A stretch of 64,000 bases of DNA from Spirochaetia bacterium (lineage in GTDB: Bacteria > Spirochaetota > Spirochaetia > UBA9216): assembly GCA_963677925.2 (NCBI GenBank), contig CAXXYH010000003.1, forward strand, positions 832,001 through 896,000. The letters are read 5' to 3'. Position numbers and translations under genes: made by a program. Within the stretch, counting starts at the first letter, position 1. Each line of letters starts with the position of its first letter. The notes beneath the pieces are model-generated. The model was not told the origin of the DNA and made no database searches. It saw only the letters and a program-made list of their open reading frames with translations. Shown piece after piece: positions 9,710-19,970 of this stretch.

Positions 9710-10954
9710 ATGTCACGAAGAGTAGTAATTACAGGACTTGGTACAGTAAACCCCTTAGGCCATAATGTGGCTGAATTATGGGATGGAATAACACATGAAA
9801 AATGCGGTATCGGTCCGCTTACAAGAATCGATGCAACCGAATTTGCAACAAAAATTGCCGGTGAGGTAAAAGATTTTAAGCCCGGTGATTTCATGGACAG
9901 CAAGGATGCCAGAAAAATGGCACTCTGTACACAGTTTGCAGTTGCTGCAGCCGGTGAAGCTATCAGAGATGCCGGACTTACTGAGGGCAGCTTTGATCCG
10001 GACAGAGTAGGAACCATTATAGGTAACGGTATCGGAGGTTTCGAGGTTACAGAAGCCGGACACAAGGCGATTTTTGAAAAGGGTCCGTCAAGAACCCCTC
10101 CCATGACTATACCCAAGCTCATAAGCAATGAGGTTCCCGGAAACATAGCAATTACATACGGACTTAAGGGACCATGCTGGGTTGTAACAACAGCCTGTGC
10201 ATCCGGTACTGATGCAATCGGAAATGCTTATATGACCATTCAGGCTGACAGGGCCGATATCGTTGTTGCAGGCGGGTCAGAAGCCAGCATCACTCAGCTT
10301 GGTGTTTCCGGATTCAACGTAATCGGGGCATTAAGTACAAAGAGAAACGATGATCCCCAGAAAGCAAGCCGCCCCTTCGACAACGACAGAGACGGATTCG
10401 TACTTGCAGAAGGTGCAGGGGTCCTGATCCTTGAAGAACTTGAGCATGCAAAAGCACGCGGTGCAAAAATCTATGCAGAGCTTGTCGGATACGGAAACAC
10501 ATGTGACGCATATCATCTTACAGCACCGGATTCAGAAGGAACAGGCGCTGTAAAGGCAATGAAGATAGCATTAAAAGATGCAGGAATGAAGCCCGAGGAC
10601 ATTGACTACATCAATGCTCATGGAACTTCAACTCCTACCAACGATCCTATTGAAACTCTTGCTATCAAGACAGCATTCGGAGATCATGCAAAGAAGCTCA
10701 AAGTTTCATCTACAAAGGGAATGACAGGACATATGATTGGTGCTGCCGGTGCAGTTGAAGCAATCATTGGAGTTAAGGCAATAACCGAGGGATTTTACCC
10801 TGCGACTATTAATCTTGACGAGCCGGATCCTGCATGTGACCTGGATTATGTACCGAACAAGGGCGTTAAGGGAAATATTAATGCTGTAATGTCCAATTCG
10901 CTTGGATTCGGCGGACATAACGCTATAATTATAATTAAGAAGTATTCAGAATAA
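9710..10954 (+). CDS. fabF: Beta-ketoacyl-ACP synthase II
   Basis: TACASG, YINAHGTST, KGMTGHMIGAAG, SNSLGFGGHN. Confidence 0.97.
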   Translation: MSRRVVITGLGTVNPLGHNVAELWDGITHEKCGIGPLTRIDATEFATKIAGEVKDFKPGDFMDSKDARKMALCTQFAVAAAGEAIRDAGLTEGSFDPDRVGTIIGNGIGGFEVTEAGHKAIFEKGPSRTPPMTIPKLISNEVPGNIAITYGLKGPCWVVTTACASGTDAIGNAYMTIQADRADIVVAGGSEASITQLGVSGFNVIGALSTKRNDDPQKASRPFDNDRDGFVLAEGAGVLILEELEHAKARGAKIYAELVGYGNTCDAYHLTAPDSEGTGAVKAMKIALKDAGMKPEDIDYINAHGTSTPTNDPIETLAIKTAFGDHAKKLKVSSTKGMTGHMIGAAGAVEAIIGVKAITEGFYPATINLDEPDPACDLDYVPNKGVKGNINAVMSNSLGFGGHNAIIIIKKYSE

Positions 10955-10965
10955 CAGGAGTTGCA

Positions 10966-11397
10966 ATGTCTGCAGAAATTGAAAAACTGCTTCCGCACCG
11001 TGATCCCTTCCTTTTTGTTGATTCAGTAGATATCACAGAAGACGGAAAGATTATCGGTTACCGGACTTTTACTGATAAAGAATTTTTCTTCAAGGGACAC
11101 TTCCCCCAGTACGCTGTAGTACCGGGGGTTATCCTTGTGGAAACAATGGCTCAGGCCGGCGGTGCCGGAGTGGGCAAATCAGGTCAGCTTGGAGAAGGCA
11201 AACTTTTCTTTCTGGCCACGGTAGATAAAACAAAATTCCGAAGACAGGTCAGACCGAACGAAACGGTAAGGCTTGAAATCGAGAACGTCAGAATTTCCGG
11301 CGCAATGATCAAGCAGTCAGGCAAGGCCTATGTGGGTGATGAGCTTGCTGCTGAAGCATCATGGATGTGCCTTGTTGGAAGTGCTGATAATTTATAG
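10966..11397 (+). CDS. fabZ: 3-hydroxyacyl-ACP dehydratase
   Basis: LPHRDPFLFVD and FFKGHFP...VPGVILVETMAQ. Confidence 0.96.
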   Translation: MSAEIEKLLPHRDPFLFVDSVDITEDGKIIGYRTFTDKEFFFKGHFPQYAVVPGVILVETMAQAGGAGVGKSGQLGEGKLFFLATVDKTKFRRQVRPNETVRLEIENVRISGAMIKQSGKAYVGDELAAEASWMCLVGSADNL

Positions 11398-11410
11398 GGA
11401 CTGAAAAGCA

Positions 11411-12586
11411 TTGATTATTACACCCAGAATCAGAAATAATGTCTGCCTCACCGCACATCCGGACGGATGCGCTGCTGAGGTCAGGCGCCAGATAGATTAT
11501 ATTAAGAGTCTTAATCTCGAAAAAGGTCCGTCAAACGTACTGGTAATCGGTTCATCTACAGGCTACGGCCTGGCCTGCCGTATTGCAGCAGCTTTCGGGT
11601 ACGGAGCCGGAACCGTCGGTGTCTTCTTTGAAAAGGAAGGAACTGAAACACGGCCCGGAACCCCGGGGTACTACAATATGAGAAGCTTTGATGAAGAGGC
11701 AGCAAAAGCGGGTCTTTTTTCGGTGAGCATAAACGGCGACGCTTTTTCAAATGAACTTAAACAAACCACAATTGACGCAATTAAACAGGGGCCGGGAAAG
11801 GTTGACCTTGTTATCTACAGCCTTGCTTCGGGTGTCAGGGTTGATCCTGCTGACGGTGTTATGTACCGATCAGCACTTAAGCCGCTTTCCGAAACCTACC
11901 GCTCACGTGCTCTGGATACAATGAGCGGAAGGATAACCTCAATGGAGATTGAACCGGCGGTGGCTGATGAAGCTTCAAGCACTGTTAAAGTAATGGGCGG
12001 AGAGGATTGGAAGCTTTGGATTGATGCGCTTCTGGATGCAGATGTTCTCTCGGAGGGCGCAAAGACCGTAGCTTTTTCATATATAGGGCCTGAAATGACC
12101 CAGCCTATTTACAGAAACGGGACCATTGGACTTGCCAAAAAGGATCTGGAAAAGACAGCCGGAGTTATCGACAGTCTTTTATCAGAGAAGCTCGACGGCA
12201 GGGCGTGGACCTCTGTAAATAAGGCTCTTGTTACCAGGGCTGCAGCCGTTATTCCGGCTATTTCACTGTACATAGCAATTCTGTTTAAAGTGATGAAGGA
12301 AAAGGGGCTGCATGAAGGCTGTATTGAGCAGGCCGGAAGACTGTTCCGTGACAGACTTTACAGCTGCGATGGTTCGGTTGCAGTTGACAGCGAAGGAAGA
12401 ATCAGAATTGACGATCTTGAAATGCGTGATGAGATCCAGAATGAGGTAAAACGCCGCTGGGAAATTGTCAGTGATGATAATATAGAAGCATTAAGCGATA
12501 TAAGCGGATATCATGCCGATTTCATGCAGATGCATGGATTTGAAGTTCCGGGTGTAGACTACACAAAAGAGGTTGACAATCTGTAG
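11411..12586 (+). CDS. fabV: Enoyl-ACP / trans-2-enoyl-CoA reductase, FabV type
   Basis: TAHPDGC, GSSTGYGLA, INGDAFS, VMGGEDW, YRNGTIGLAK; TTG start. Confidence 0.95.
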   Translation: MIITPRIRNNVCLTAHPDGCAAEVRRQIDYIKSLNLEKGPSNVLVIGSSTGYGLACRIAAAFGYGAGTVGVFFEKEGTETRPGTPGYYNMRSFDEEAAKAGLFSVSINGDAFSNELKQTTIDAIKQGPGKVDLVIYSLASGVRVDPADGVMYRSALKPLSETYRSRALDTMSGRITSMEIEPAVADEASSTVKVMGGEDWKLWIDALLDADVLSEGAKTVAFSYIGPEMTQPIYRNGTIGLAKKDLEKTAGVIDSLLSEKLDGRAWTSVNKALVTRAAAVIPAISLYIAILFKVMKEKGLHEGCIEQAGRLFRDRLYSCDGSVAVDSEGRIRIDDLEMRDEIQNEVKRRWEIVSDDNIEALSDISGYHADFMQMHGFEVPGVDYTKEVDNL

Positions 12587-12629
12587 AAAGGTATCTGCAG
12601 ATTTTTTAAGCAGTATATGTAATTTTAGC

Positions 12630-12658
12630 GCCGGCAGTTTTTCTGCCGGCTTTTTTTT
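12630..12658 (+). terminator. Intrinsic terminator of the fab operon
   Basis: GCCGGCAG-TTTTT-CTGCCGGC followed by T8. Confidence 0.85.
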
Positions 12659-12670
12659 CAACCGGCCGAA

Positions 12671-13483
12671 TTACAGTTCTTCAATAAGTTCGCAGGTATT
12701 ATCTTCAATCCAGGCTTTTTCACCGTTGATGAATTGAGCAAGAATCCAGCCGGGTCTTTTCTGAACGACTGTGAATTCTGCTCCTTCATAAAGAGGTGTA
12801 TCAAATACCGATTCATAGCTCCGGCTGTCGCCAAGCCGGCCTTCTGTTGATTCTGCAGTTATAACTCCATGTCTTTTTCTGCTTTCCTTAAAATCCAGAT
12901 ATCCTGAAATTCCGAATACGATAAATACAATTACTGCGGCAGCAGTAAGGGCAGGAAGTCTTCGTCCAAACAGTCTAAGGCCAAAAAGCAGCCATATCGT
13001 GAGGTTAGCAATTATCATAATAATAATTTTTACAATGATCGGCAGATTAAAATGCCAGAAAAATATTACTTTAGTAAGCTTATTTTCGCTGTCGATGGTA
13101 AATCTGTTTTTCTGCAGGCTTCTTGCATATTCCAGATTTGAACGAATCTGATTGTCTGCCGGAGAATACAGCAGCGCCCTTCTGTAATTGAGAACAGCCT
13201 TCCCTATCTTTCCGAGTCGGAACCAGGCATTTCCTGTATTATAGTATATTCCCGAATTTCTAATACCCATTTCAGTAATTGAATTATAGTTTAGAACTGC
13301 TTCTGAATATTTTTCTTTTGATAGCGCAGGGTTTGAGTCCATCAGGGAGTTACCTTCAGCAAAGGCGGTTTCAGCTCTTTCCAGGAGAACCTGAGTATCA
13401 GCACTCTCAGAAGCAGAAAGATTTCCTGTAATCACAGCAGTAAAAAGGAGTATATAAAATAATAGGTTCACAGCTTTCTTCAT
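12671..13483 (-). CDS. BatE-like TPR + SH3-like membrane protein
   Basis: YYNTGNAWFRLGKIGKAVLNYRRAL TPR, two TM segments, C-terminal SH3b-like LYEGAEF...W; last gene of the Bat operon. Confidence 0.8.
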   Translation of the reverse strand: MKKAVNLLFYILLFTAVITGNLSASESADTQVLLERAETAFAEGNSLMDSNPALSKEKYSEAVLNYNSITEMGIRNSGIYYNTGNAWFRLGKIGKAVLNYRRALLYSPADNQIRSNLEYARSLQKNRFTIDSENKLTKVIFFWHFNLPIIVKIIIMIIANLTIWLLFGLRLFGRRLPALTAAAVIVFIVFGISGYLDFKESRKRHGVITAESTEGRLGDSRSYESVFDTPLYEGAEFTVVQKRPGWILAQFINGEKAWIEDNTCELIEEL

Positions 13484-15225
13484 GATTTCACTCCTGCCTT
13501 TTCCAGCTTTCCAATCAGAGAAAATACAGCAGCCCCGGCTTCTGTAGAGGTAATATGTCTCCCGCCGTACAGTACAGCTTGAATAACAGATAATTCATCC
13601 GCAATATTATGCTCATCATCAGAATCACCATAATCCATTAGAAAACCATCAAGCGTTCTGATAAAACTCTTCAGATATAAAACCGGTTCTTTTATTGCAG
13701 CCTTTTCCGCATCCTTTCTCATTTTCTTAAGAGCCTTTCTTCGGTCAAGATTATTTACCGCATTCTGTCTGAACTGGGGCACAAAAACCATGACTATTAA
13801 AACAGCGAAAAAAACAGCCGGAGGAATAATCAGCAGAAGCAGGATAGATATTATAGAAGATTGTTCTGACAAAAATGGACGGCTGTTTTCAAGCAGTTCG
13901 ACGCCTGTGTAATTGTAGTAAATACCCTCTTTCTTTTTATCAGTTACAACCTTATTGTTTTCATTTTCAGCTGAATCACCTTCAAGATCTCCTGCAGTCA
14001 CGGTCCTTGTTTCAAGAACTTCCAGCGGCAGAGCATCGGTCTCCGCGTAGCGGTATTCACCTGAATTGGTGTCAAAATAGCTGAAGCGTATCTGCGGAAT
14101 ATATTTCAGGTCCGGATCAGTAATCCTTATCGTCTGGGTAACGGACCGGCTTCGTGCTCCGGTCTTTCCAGCCGCCCTTGTATCAGGGATATCAATGCCG
14201 CTGCCCAGGTAACCAGTCAGAGGAGGAATACCTATATCGGTATTATTCATCCCGCTTACATTTAGACTGAGAGTAATTGGATCTCCAAGATGAACAGAAA
14301 GAGGTTCTGCACTGATATTAAGCCTGATATCTCCTGATAATCCGAAAAAATCGACCGGTTTTCCTTTTTCCGGAAACGGAAGGACATTGAGCACTGCAGC
14401 ATCTCCAGGTATTACAAACTTCCCGTAAACTTCCTGCCTCTGTACTCTTCCGAAAAAGTCATGGACGTTCTGATATCCGGTAACAGCCTCAAAGACCGCA
14501 GTTGAATTATTAAATTCAATGCTCCCTGTCTGCCCCGGACGAATCATAAGTTCTGCAGTAAGGCCCGCAACACCTCCCCGGTCGTCCCTTTCAAAAATAA
14601 CCGGACTGTCATTGATATCAAGTTCATACATTTCACTGTTTCCGGAAGGTTCAAGCGCCCGGTACTCCATTTCATTAAGTTCCGGAATTCTGATTGAAAG
14701 CGAACGCAGACTGGACTTATAACGGAAATGAACTTTTAAAGAAACCTCCTCATTTAGATAGACAATCCCTCTGTCGACATTCAACTGAAGGTAAAAATCA
14801 TCGGATTTTTCAGGCTCTTTCACCGTAAAGGATACCGGATTTGAAGAAAGAAGCTGCCCGTCAATATTAGCTGTTATAGAAGGTACTGTAAAAATTCCTG
14901 TCTTTACAGGTGTAAGCTTATATGAATAAACATAAGCAAGCTTTACATTCTGTGTTACCTTTCCATTAATACTGGTTACTGACCGGCTGCTTCTGACTGT
15001 TCCGCCTAGCGGGGAAATTGTAATTCCCTGAATTGCCAAATCGGGTGCAATCTGCTCTTCACTTCCCTGCAGATAAAGATTCAGCCTCACAGAATCACCA
15101 AGCCATATTTCAGTGTCTTCAAGTTCAGCTGATAATGATAGAGTCTGTGCAAATAGAGAAGCCGCGGCAGTGAAGAAAATCAATAAGACGATGTATTTAA
15201 ATATATTACCAGTCTTTATCTGCAT
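13480..15225 (-). CDS. BatD-like protein
   Basis: Signal peptide; repeated Ig-like BatD segments (LTPVKTGIFTVPS, VHLGDPITL, FSYFDTNSGEY); late TM. ATG at 15225 preferred over TTG at 15249. Confidence 0.8.
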   Translation of the reverse strand: MQIKTGNIFKYIVLLIFFTAAASLFAQTLSLSAELEDTEIWLGDSVRLNLYLQGSEEQIAPDLAIQGITISPLGGTVRSSRSVTSINGKVTQNVKLAYVYSYKLTPVKTGIFTVPSITANIDGQLLSSNPVSFTVKEPEKSDDFYLQLNVDRGIVYLNEEVSLKVHFRYKSSLRSLSIRIPELNEMEYRALEPSGNSEMYELDINDSPVIFERDDRGGVAGLTAELMIRPGQTGSIEFNNSTAVFEAVTGYQNVHDFFGRVQRQEVYGKFVIPGDAAVLNVLPFPEKGKPVDFFGLSGDIRLNISAEPLSVHLGDPITLSLNVSGMNNTDIGIPPLTGYLGSGIDIPDTRAAGKTGARSRSVTQTIRITDPDLKYIPQIRFSYFDTNSGEYRYAETDALPLEVLETRTVTAGDLEGDSAENENNKVVTDKKKEGIYYNYTGVELLENSRPFLSEQSSIISILLLLIIPPAVFFAVLIVMVFVPQFRQNAVNNLDRRKALKKMRKDAEKAAIKEPVLYLKSFIRTLDGFLMDYGDSDDEHNIADELSVIQAVLYGGRHITSTEAGAAVFSLIGKLEKAGVKS

Positions 15226-16114
15226 TTCGTATGCCCCCGGTTTTATCAAGTCTGTTCTTCATTGCCTCATACTCCGATTCCATATCAAGGATGTCCTCAG
15301 CCTCGCCCTGCTGCTCATTCATAGCCGCAGCCTGAGCAAGAGCCTGTTCCGCTGCCTTCTGATGCTCTATTGCCTCTGCCCTGTCACCCTGCGCCAAAGC
15401 TTTGACTGCTTCTTCCTGTTCGGAAGCCGCCTTTTCAAGCTGTTGTGAGGTTTCACTGCTGCTGCCGGCCGCGCCCGAAGTTTCATTCTGAAGTTCTTTC
15501 TGCTGCTGCGCGAGATTGCTGTCGGAGCCCTCCCCCTGTTCGGTCCGCCTGGTAATTTCCTGCTGACGATCAAGCAGTTCACCAGGGTCGGTGCTTCCGC
15601 TATTAGAAGACTGGCCTGATCCGGTATCCTGTTTATCTGCGGAGGACTGTCCGGAATTCTGTTCTTCAGCCTGCTCCTGTTTTTGATTTTCTCCGGACTG
15701 CTGCTCATCCCCTTCGGACTGATTCTGCTGTTGGTTCTCTTGCTGCATCTGCTCCTGAAGCTGCTTCAGGCGGCTGTTAACAACTTCAAGGTTCTTTCGT
15801 GCATTGAACTGAACATCCGGCGGCAGAGCACCAAGCTCAACAGCCCGTTTGAGTGAGCTGAATGCATCTTTAAGCAGCCGCTCTTTTTCTCCAGTATCCT
15901 CAGCCTGATCTGCAAGAATCGCCTGACTTGTGCCGAGGTTGTAGTAGCCTGCAGCACTGATGCCGGGGTCTTCAGAAGCAGCCGAATTCCGGAACTCCTC
16001 AACCAGGTCCTGAACATGCTGCGCCTCAATGCTCTCCGGCTCCTGAGAACCACCTGCGGAAAGCGGAATAACAATTAGAATCAGAAATGCAAAAAGCAGA
16101 TAAAAGTTTCTCAT
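15206..16114 (-). CDS. BatC-like TPR protein with Gln-rich low-complexity region
   Basis: YYNLG TPR, ARKNLE, Q/E/S-rich linker, terminal KDW. ATG at 16114 overlaps the batB stop (ATGA). Confidence 0.75.
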   Translation of the reverse strand: MRNFYLLFAFLILIVIPLSAGGSQEPESIEAQHVQDLVEEFRNSAASEDPGISAAGYYNLGTSQAILADQAEDTGEKERLLKDAFSSLKRAVELGALPPDVQFNARKNLEVVNSRLKQLQEQMQQENQQQNQSEGDEQQSGENQKQEQAEEQNSGQSSADKQDTGSGQSSNSGSTDPGELLDRQQEITRRTEQGEGSDSNLAQQQKELQNETSGAAGSSSETSQQLEKAASEQEEAVKALAQGDRAEAIEHQKAAEQALAQAAAMNEQQGEAEDILDMESEYEAMKNRLDKTGGIRNADKDW

Positions 16115-17139
16115 GACCTTCTCTCCCAATACCGGACAGGAAGTATAAGGCCGAAAAGATATACAAGCACCATAACAACAGCCGGAAGCAGAAAGTATTG
16201 AAAATCCTCCTCATGTACCACAGAGGTTTCATCTTCTATAAATCGCTTTTCCTGTGAGTTAATCAGAGAAGAATAAATTTCACCAAGATCAAAGTTACCG
16301 GTTGATACATTGAGATATCGGCCTCCTGTAGTTTTAGAAACCATAGTCCTGAGCATATCCGCATCAAGACGGCTCCATATTTCACGTCCATCATATGTCA
16401 TAAAAACCTGCTCACCGTTCTCATCTGTAACAGGAATACGCCTTCCAGTGTTTTCATCACCAAGTCCTATGGCAATAAGCCGGATGTTGTTTTCTCCAAG
16501 CATTTCGGCAGCTTTTACAGGGAAGCTCTCCTGATCCTCGCCGTCTGTAATAAGGATTATATCGCGGTATCCTCCATTGCTGTCAGTTAAAACTTCATCC
16601 ACGGTTTTACGGAGGGCATCACCTATCATACTTCCCCCCACTGAGACAGAATCAGGCGACAGTTCATCAACAGCCTGTCTGAAAAAACTGTAATCAAGTG
16701 TAAGCGGACATTTAATTACCGAACTGCCGGCAAAAGCAACTAGGCCGACCCTATCACCGTCTATCACCGAAAGAGCATCAAGTATTGCAAGTCTTGCCCT
16801 GGCCAGCCGGTTCGGGTAGAGATCTTCTGCAAGCATACTTCTCGATACATCAACCACAAAGACAACGTCACGGCCCTTACGTGATACTGTTACTTCTTTC
16901 TGGCTCCAGCTCGGCCGGGCAATTGCGAGAACGGCAAGCACCAGCCCCAGGCTTAAAACGATCACAAGGCTGAAGCGGGTTCTGCGGCTGCTGTGCAGAC
17001 GGGTACTGTATCGGGGTAAAACAGTTCTTATAAGCTGCCCGTTTCTTAAAAATCCCCAGAAGGCTGCTGCTGCTGCTGCAAGCGGAAGCCATATATAGAT
17101 AAGAGATTCCGGAGCAAGAAACTGAAAATTTTCAATCAT
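16111..17139 (-). CDS. BatB-like VWA domain protein
   Basis: DVSRSM MIDAS, PNRL, CPLTLDY, ITDGED. Confidence 0.88.
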   Translation of the reverse strand: MIENFQFLAPESLIYIWLPLAAAAAAFWGFLRNGQLIRTVLPRYSTRLHSSRRTRFSLVIVLSLGLVLAVLAIARPSWSQKEVTVSRKGRDVVFVVDVSRSMLAEDLYPNRLARARLAILDALSVIDGDRVGLVAFAGSSVIKCPLTLDYSFFRQAVDELSPDSVSVGGSMIGDALRKTVDEVLTDSNGGYRDIILITDGEDQESFPVKAAEMLGENNIRLIAIGLGDENTGRRIPVTDENGEQVFMTYDGREIWSRLDADMLRTMVSKTTGGRYLNVSTGNFDLGEIYSSLINSQEKRFIEDETSVVHEEDFQYFLLPAVVMVLVYLFGLILPVRYWERRS

Positions 17140-18218
17140 CAGGAAATCCTCCTGAATACGGTATTATCCAGCACAGCGCCGGCAGCGAGAAATATTATTC
17201 CCGCAATCGCAAATAGATAGAAAAGTTCACGGTAACGGTATTCTGAAACTGAAATTATTTCGGACTTTTCCATACTGTCTATCTCTTCGTAGACAGCTTT
17301 AAGATCCTCGGGTGTGTCTGCCTCAAAGTAAGCTCCACCGGAAATTTCAGCAATCTTTTTTAGTGTAGCGGAATCAACTGCAGAACCGACAGGAACACGC
17401 CGGGAACCGAAGAGGCTGCTCATCTGATAGTAGGCATCACCGCCGAACCCGATTGCATAGATTTTAATACCCCAGTCTGCTGCAAGTTCTGCAGCTTCAC
17501 GTGGTGAGTATTTACCGCCGTTATTTTCCCCGTCGGTAAGAAGCACTATTATCCTGCTTTTAATTTCATATCCGTTAGATGAATCATTGTTGCTGTTTAC
17601 AGTTTTGAGCCTTGCTGAAGCAAGCGCTATGGCATCACCTATCGAAGTACCATCCTCCTCTTTTGTAGTTACAGTATCGAGATTCCTAATAAAATCTGAA
17701 ACAACATCATGAGAAAGGGAAAGAGGAGCCAGCGTATCAGCATATTTGGCGAAAGCCACCAGCCCGAGCATATCATCAGGTCTGCCGGAAAGAGTTTTAC
17801 CATCCCCCTGAATAAAATCCAGGATATTCTGCTTCACTACATCAATTCTTCTGACATAGGAGCCGCCCTTTTCTACTTCAGCAGCCATACTTCCGCTGCG
17901 ATCAATAACAAGCTCTGCAGCAATACCGCTTGTCACCTTGCGACTTTCATCAAGTCTTTCCCTCGGCCGGGCAAGAGCAATAATCAGCAGAATGCTTCCC
18001 GTAAGTGCAAAGAATACAGGAAGCCACAAAAAAGCCTGCCGCAATGTAATCATCGAGCTGTCAATGATACCTGTATCCGGGAAAGGCAGGCCTCGTCTGT
18101 GCGGCCGGGAATGCTGACGACCGTCACGCCGCAGCTTCATACTGCTTAATATTTTTAGAAACAATGCCAGTACGGGAAAGGCCAGCAGAAAAAGAGCCTG
18201 AGGAGATTCAAAGTTCAT
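17139..18218 (-). CDS. BatA-like VWA domain protein
   Basis: ALARP, DRSGSM MIDAS, GTSIGDAI, LLTDGENN. Confidence 0.88.
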   Translation of the reverse strand: MNFESPQALFLLAFPVLALFLKILSSMKLRRDGRQHSRPHRRGLPFPDTGIIDSSMITLRQAFLWLPVFFALTGSILLIIALARPRERLDESRKVTSGIAAELVIDRSGSMAAEVEKGGSYVRRIDVVKQNILDFIQGDGKTLSGRPDDMLGLVAFAKYADTLAPLSLSHDVVSDFIRNLDTVTTKEEDGTSIGDAIALASARLKTVNSNNDSSNGYEIKSRIIVLLTDGENNGGKYSPREAAELAADWGIKIYAIGFGGDAYYQMSSLFGSRRVPVGSAVDSATLKKIAEISGGAYFEADTPEDLKAVYEEIDSMEKSEIISVSEYRYRELFYLFAIAGIIFLAAGAVLDNTVFRRIS

Positions 18219-19086
18219 CTATCACATCTCCTTCAAGCAGTTCAAATATTTCTCGTATTAATGCGTCTGCGCGGCCTGCGGGTAATCCGTCCCTTGAAAA
18301 AGATGCAGCATACAGTTCATTACTGAATTTTTCCCTGATCAGACCAGAAGTGCAGAAGTCTGATTTTTCAATAAGTCTTCTCAAAAAGATAAGAGCTTCT
18401 TTTGACTCCGAAATCAAATCCTGTGAAATATACAGTTTTTTAAACTCTTCGATTTGCTGTTCAAAAGTTGGTACCGAAGGTTCTTTCCTCTGTCTGTTTT
18501 TTCTTACTTTCATAAAAATAATTACGGAGGCTGACAGAAGAATAAAAACAGCAGGGAAAACAAGCAACATCATGCTTTTTCTTCTGCCGCTATCTTCAGG
18601 GATATAAACCGGAGCCAGGCTGTCCCGGCTTTCATCACCGCTGAATGCAGATTTAAAATCAATACTGAAAGGATCGGTTGTAATATCGTTGCTGAAGCGT
18701 ACAGTCATTGAAGGAAAAACTGCAGGCCCCGGGAACTGTGCTTCAAGTGAAAAGATAATTGTACTTAGAACCTGTCCTTCACCGTCATACACCGGTTCCG
18801 ATTCAATCACTTCTGTCAGTACCGAATTAGAGCCGGCGGAATCTTCAGATTTTCCAGGAAGCAGTATGTAATGTTCATTCTCCGGGTATCTAAGTTCCAG
18901 CCTTATCTCTGCTGTATCTCCAAACCAGAGGTTTTCTGTCGGCAGGAACATTTCAACGGTGCATCTGCCGCTTTGATATGTTTCAGAAGAGGTAGATAGC
19001 GTTTTTGAATCAACTGGTGAGTTTGAGCACGAAAGAAGAGTAACTGCAGATATACCCAATATGAATATCATGCTGCGGAGTTTCAT
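18208..19086 (-). CDS. Hypothetical membrane-anchored (lipo)protein of the MoxR-Bat operon
   Basis: Lipobox-like LLSC, one internal TM; translationally coupled between DUF58 and batA. Confidence 0.7.
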   Translation of the reverse strand: MKLRSMIFILGISAVTLLSCSNSPVDSKTLSTSSETYQSGRCTVEMFLPTENLWFGDTAEIRLELRYPENEHYILLPGKSEDSAGSNSVLTEVIESEPVYDGEGQVLSTIIFSLEAQFPGPAVFPSMTVRFSNDITTDPFSIDFKSAFSGDESRDSLAPVYIPEDSGRRKSMMLLVFPAVFILLSASVIIFMKVRKNRQRKEPSVPTFEQQIEEFKKLYISQDLISESKEALIFLRRLIEKSDFCTSGLIREKFSNELYAASFSRDGLPAGRADALIREIFELLEGDVIDEL

Positions 19087-19967
19087 CGACGGGCCTCCCT
19101 CTGCAGAAAAAACTTTGAAAGGCTATGTATATATTCTTTTGAAAGATCAATCTCAAGAAAATCACAGCCGTATTTCCTGAAGCGGTCCCGCAGCCCGGCC
19201 AGACGCTTATTAAACTTTTCAGTATAGGACTTCCGTACCCGCAAGCTTGTTGTATCGACAGTTATCATTCTTCCTGTTTCAAGGTCCGACATTTCAAGCA
19301 GACCGCAGGAGGGAAGTTCCCGCTCCAGAGGATCATAAAGGTAGAAGCTTACAATATCATGCTTAAGTGATGCGACTTTGAGCTGATCAAGAAATCCTTC
19401 ATCATAATAATCAGACAGGATAAAAACTACGCTTCTGCGGTGTGCAACTCTGCCAAGATAGTCAAGGGCTGCTTTTATGGAAGTACCGCGGTTCTGGGGC
19501 TTATGTGCCAGCATTTCCCTTACCATGTGCATTGTATGCGTCATTCCCTTCGAAGGCGGAATAAAAAGCTCCGGCTGGTCACTGAACAGAAGAAGAGCGG
19601 TACGGTCATTATTCTGAGAAGCGGAAAAAGACAGTATTGAAACAATTTCTGCAGCAACCTCGGCACGACTTTTATTCCTGCTTCCAAAATCCGAGGATGA
19701 AGAGATATCGACAAGAAAATAAACCGAAAGTTCCCTTTCCTCACGGTAGCGCTTTATATGAGGAAATCCTGTCCTAGCCGTTACATTCCAGTCAATCGCT
19801 CTGATTTCATCTCCAGGCTGGTATTCTCTTACCTCTTCAAACTCAAGGCCCTCTCCCTTGAAGGCGCTTTCAAACTCACCGGCAAAAAGTGATGTAACCG
19901 ACTGCCGTGTTAAAATCCTGATGAGTTCTACCTTTTTGAGAATTTCCTTATCTATCGATGCAGACAT
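19083..19967 (-). CDS. DUF58 family protein (MoxR-associated)
   Basis: GLEFEEVREYQPGDEIRAIDWNVTAR, DISSS, ILSDY. Confidence 0.93.
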   Translation of the reverse strand: MSASIDKEILKKVELIRILTRQSVTSLFAGEFESAFKGEGLEFEEVREYQPGDEIRAIDWNVTARTGFPHIKRYREERELSVYFLVDISSSSDFGSRNKSRAEVAAEIVSILSFSASQNNDRTALLLFSDQPELFIPPSKGMTHTMHMVREMLAHKPQNRGTSIKAALDYLGRVAHRRSVVFILSDYYDEGFLDQLKVASLKHDIVSFYLYDPLERELPSCGLLEMSDLETGRMITVDTTSLRVRKSYTEKFNKRLAGLRDRFRKYGCDFLEIDLSKEYIHSLSKFFLQREARR

Positions 19968-19970
19968 AAT

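Noticed and set aside
15300-15780. Gln/Glu-rich low-complexity stretch with long alternative-frame ORFs
   Set aside because: Normal BatC-type linker; not a DNA repeat array or a separate gene.
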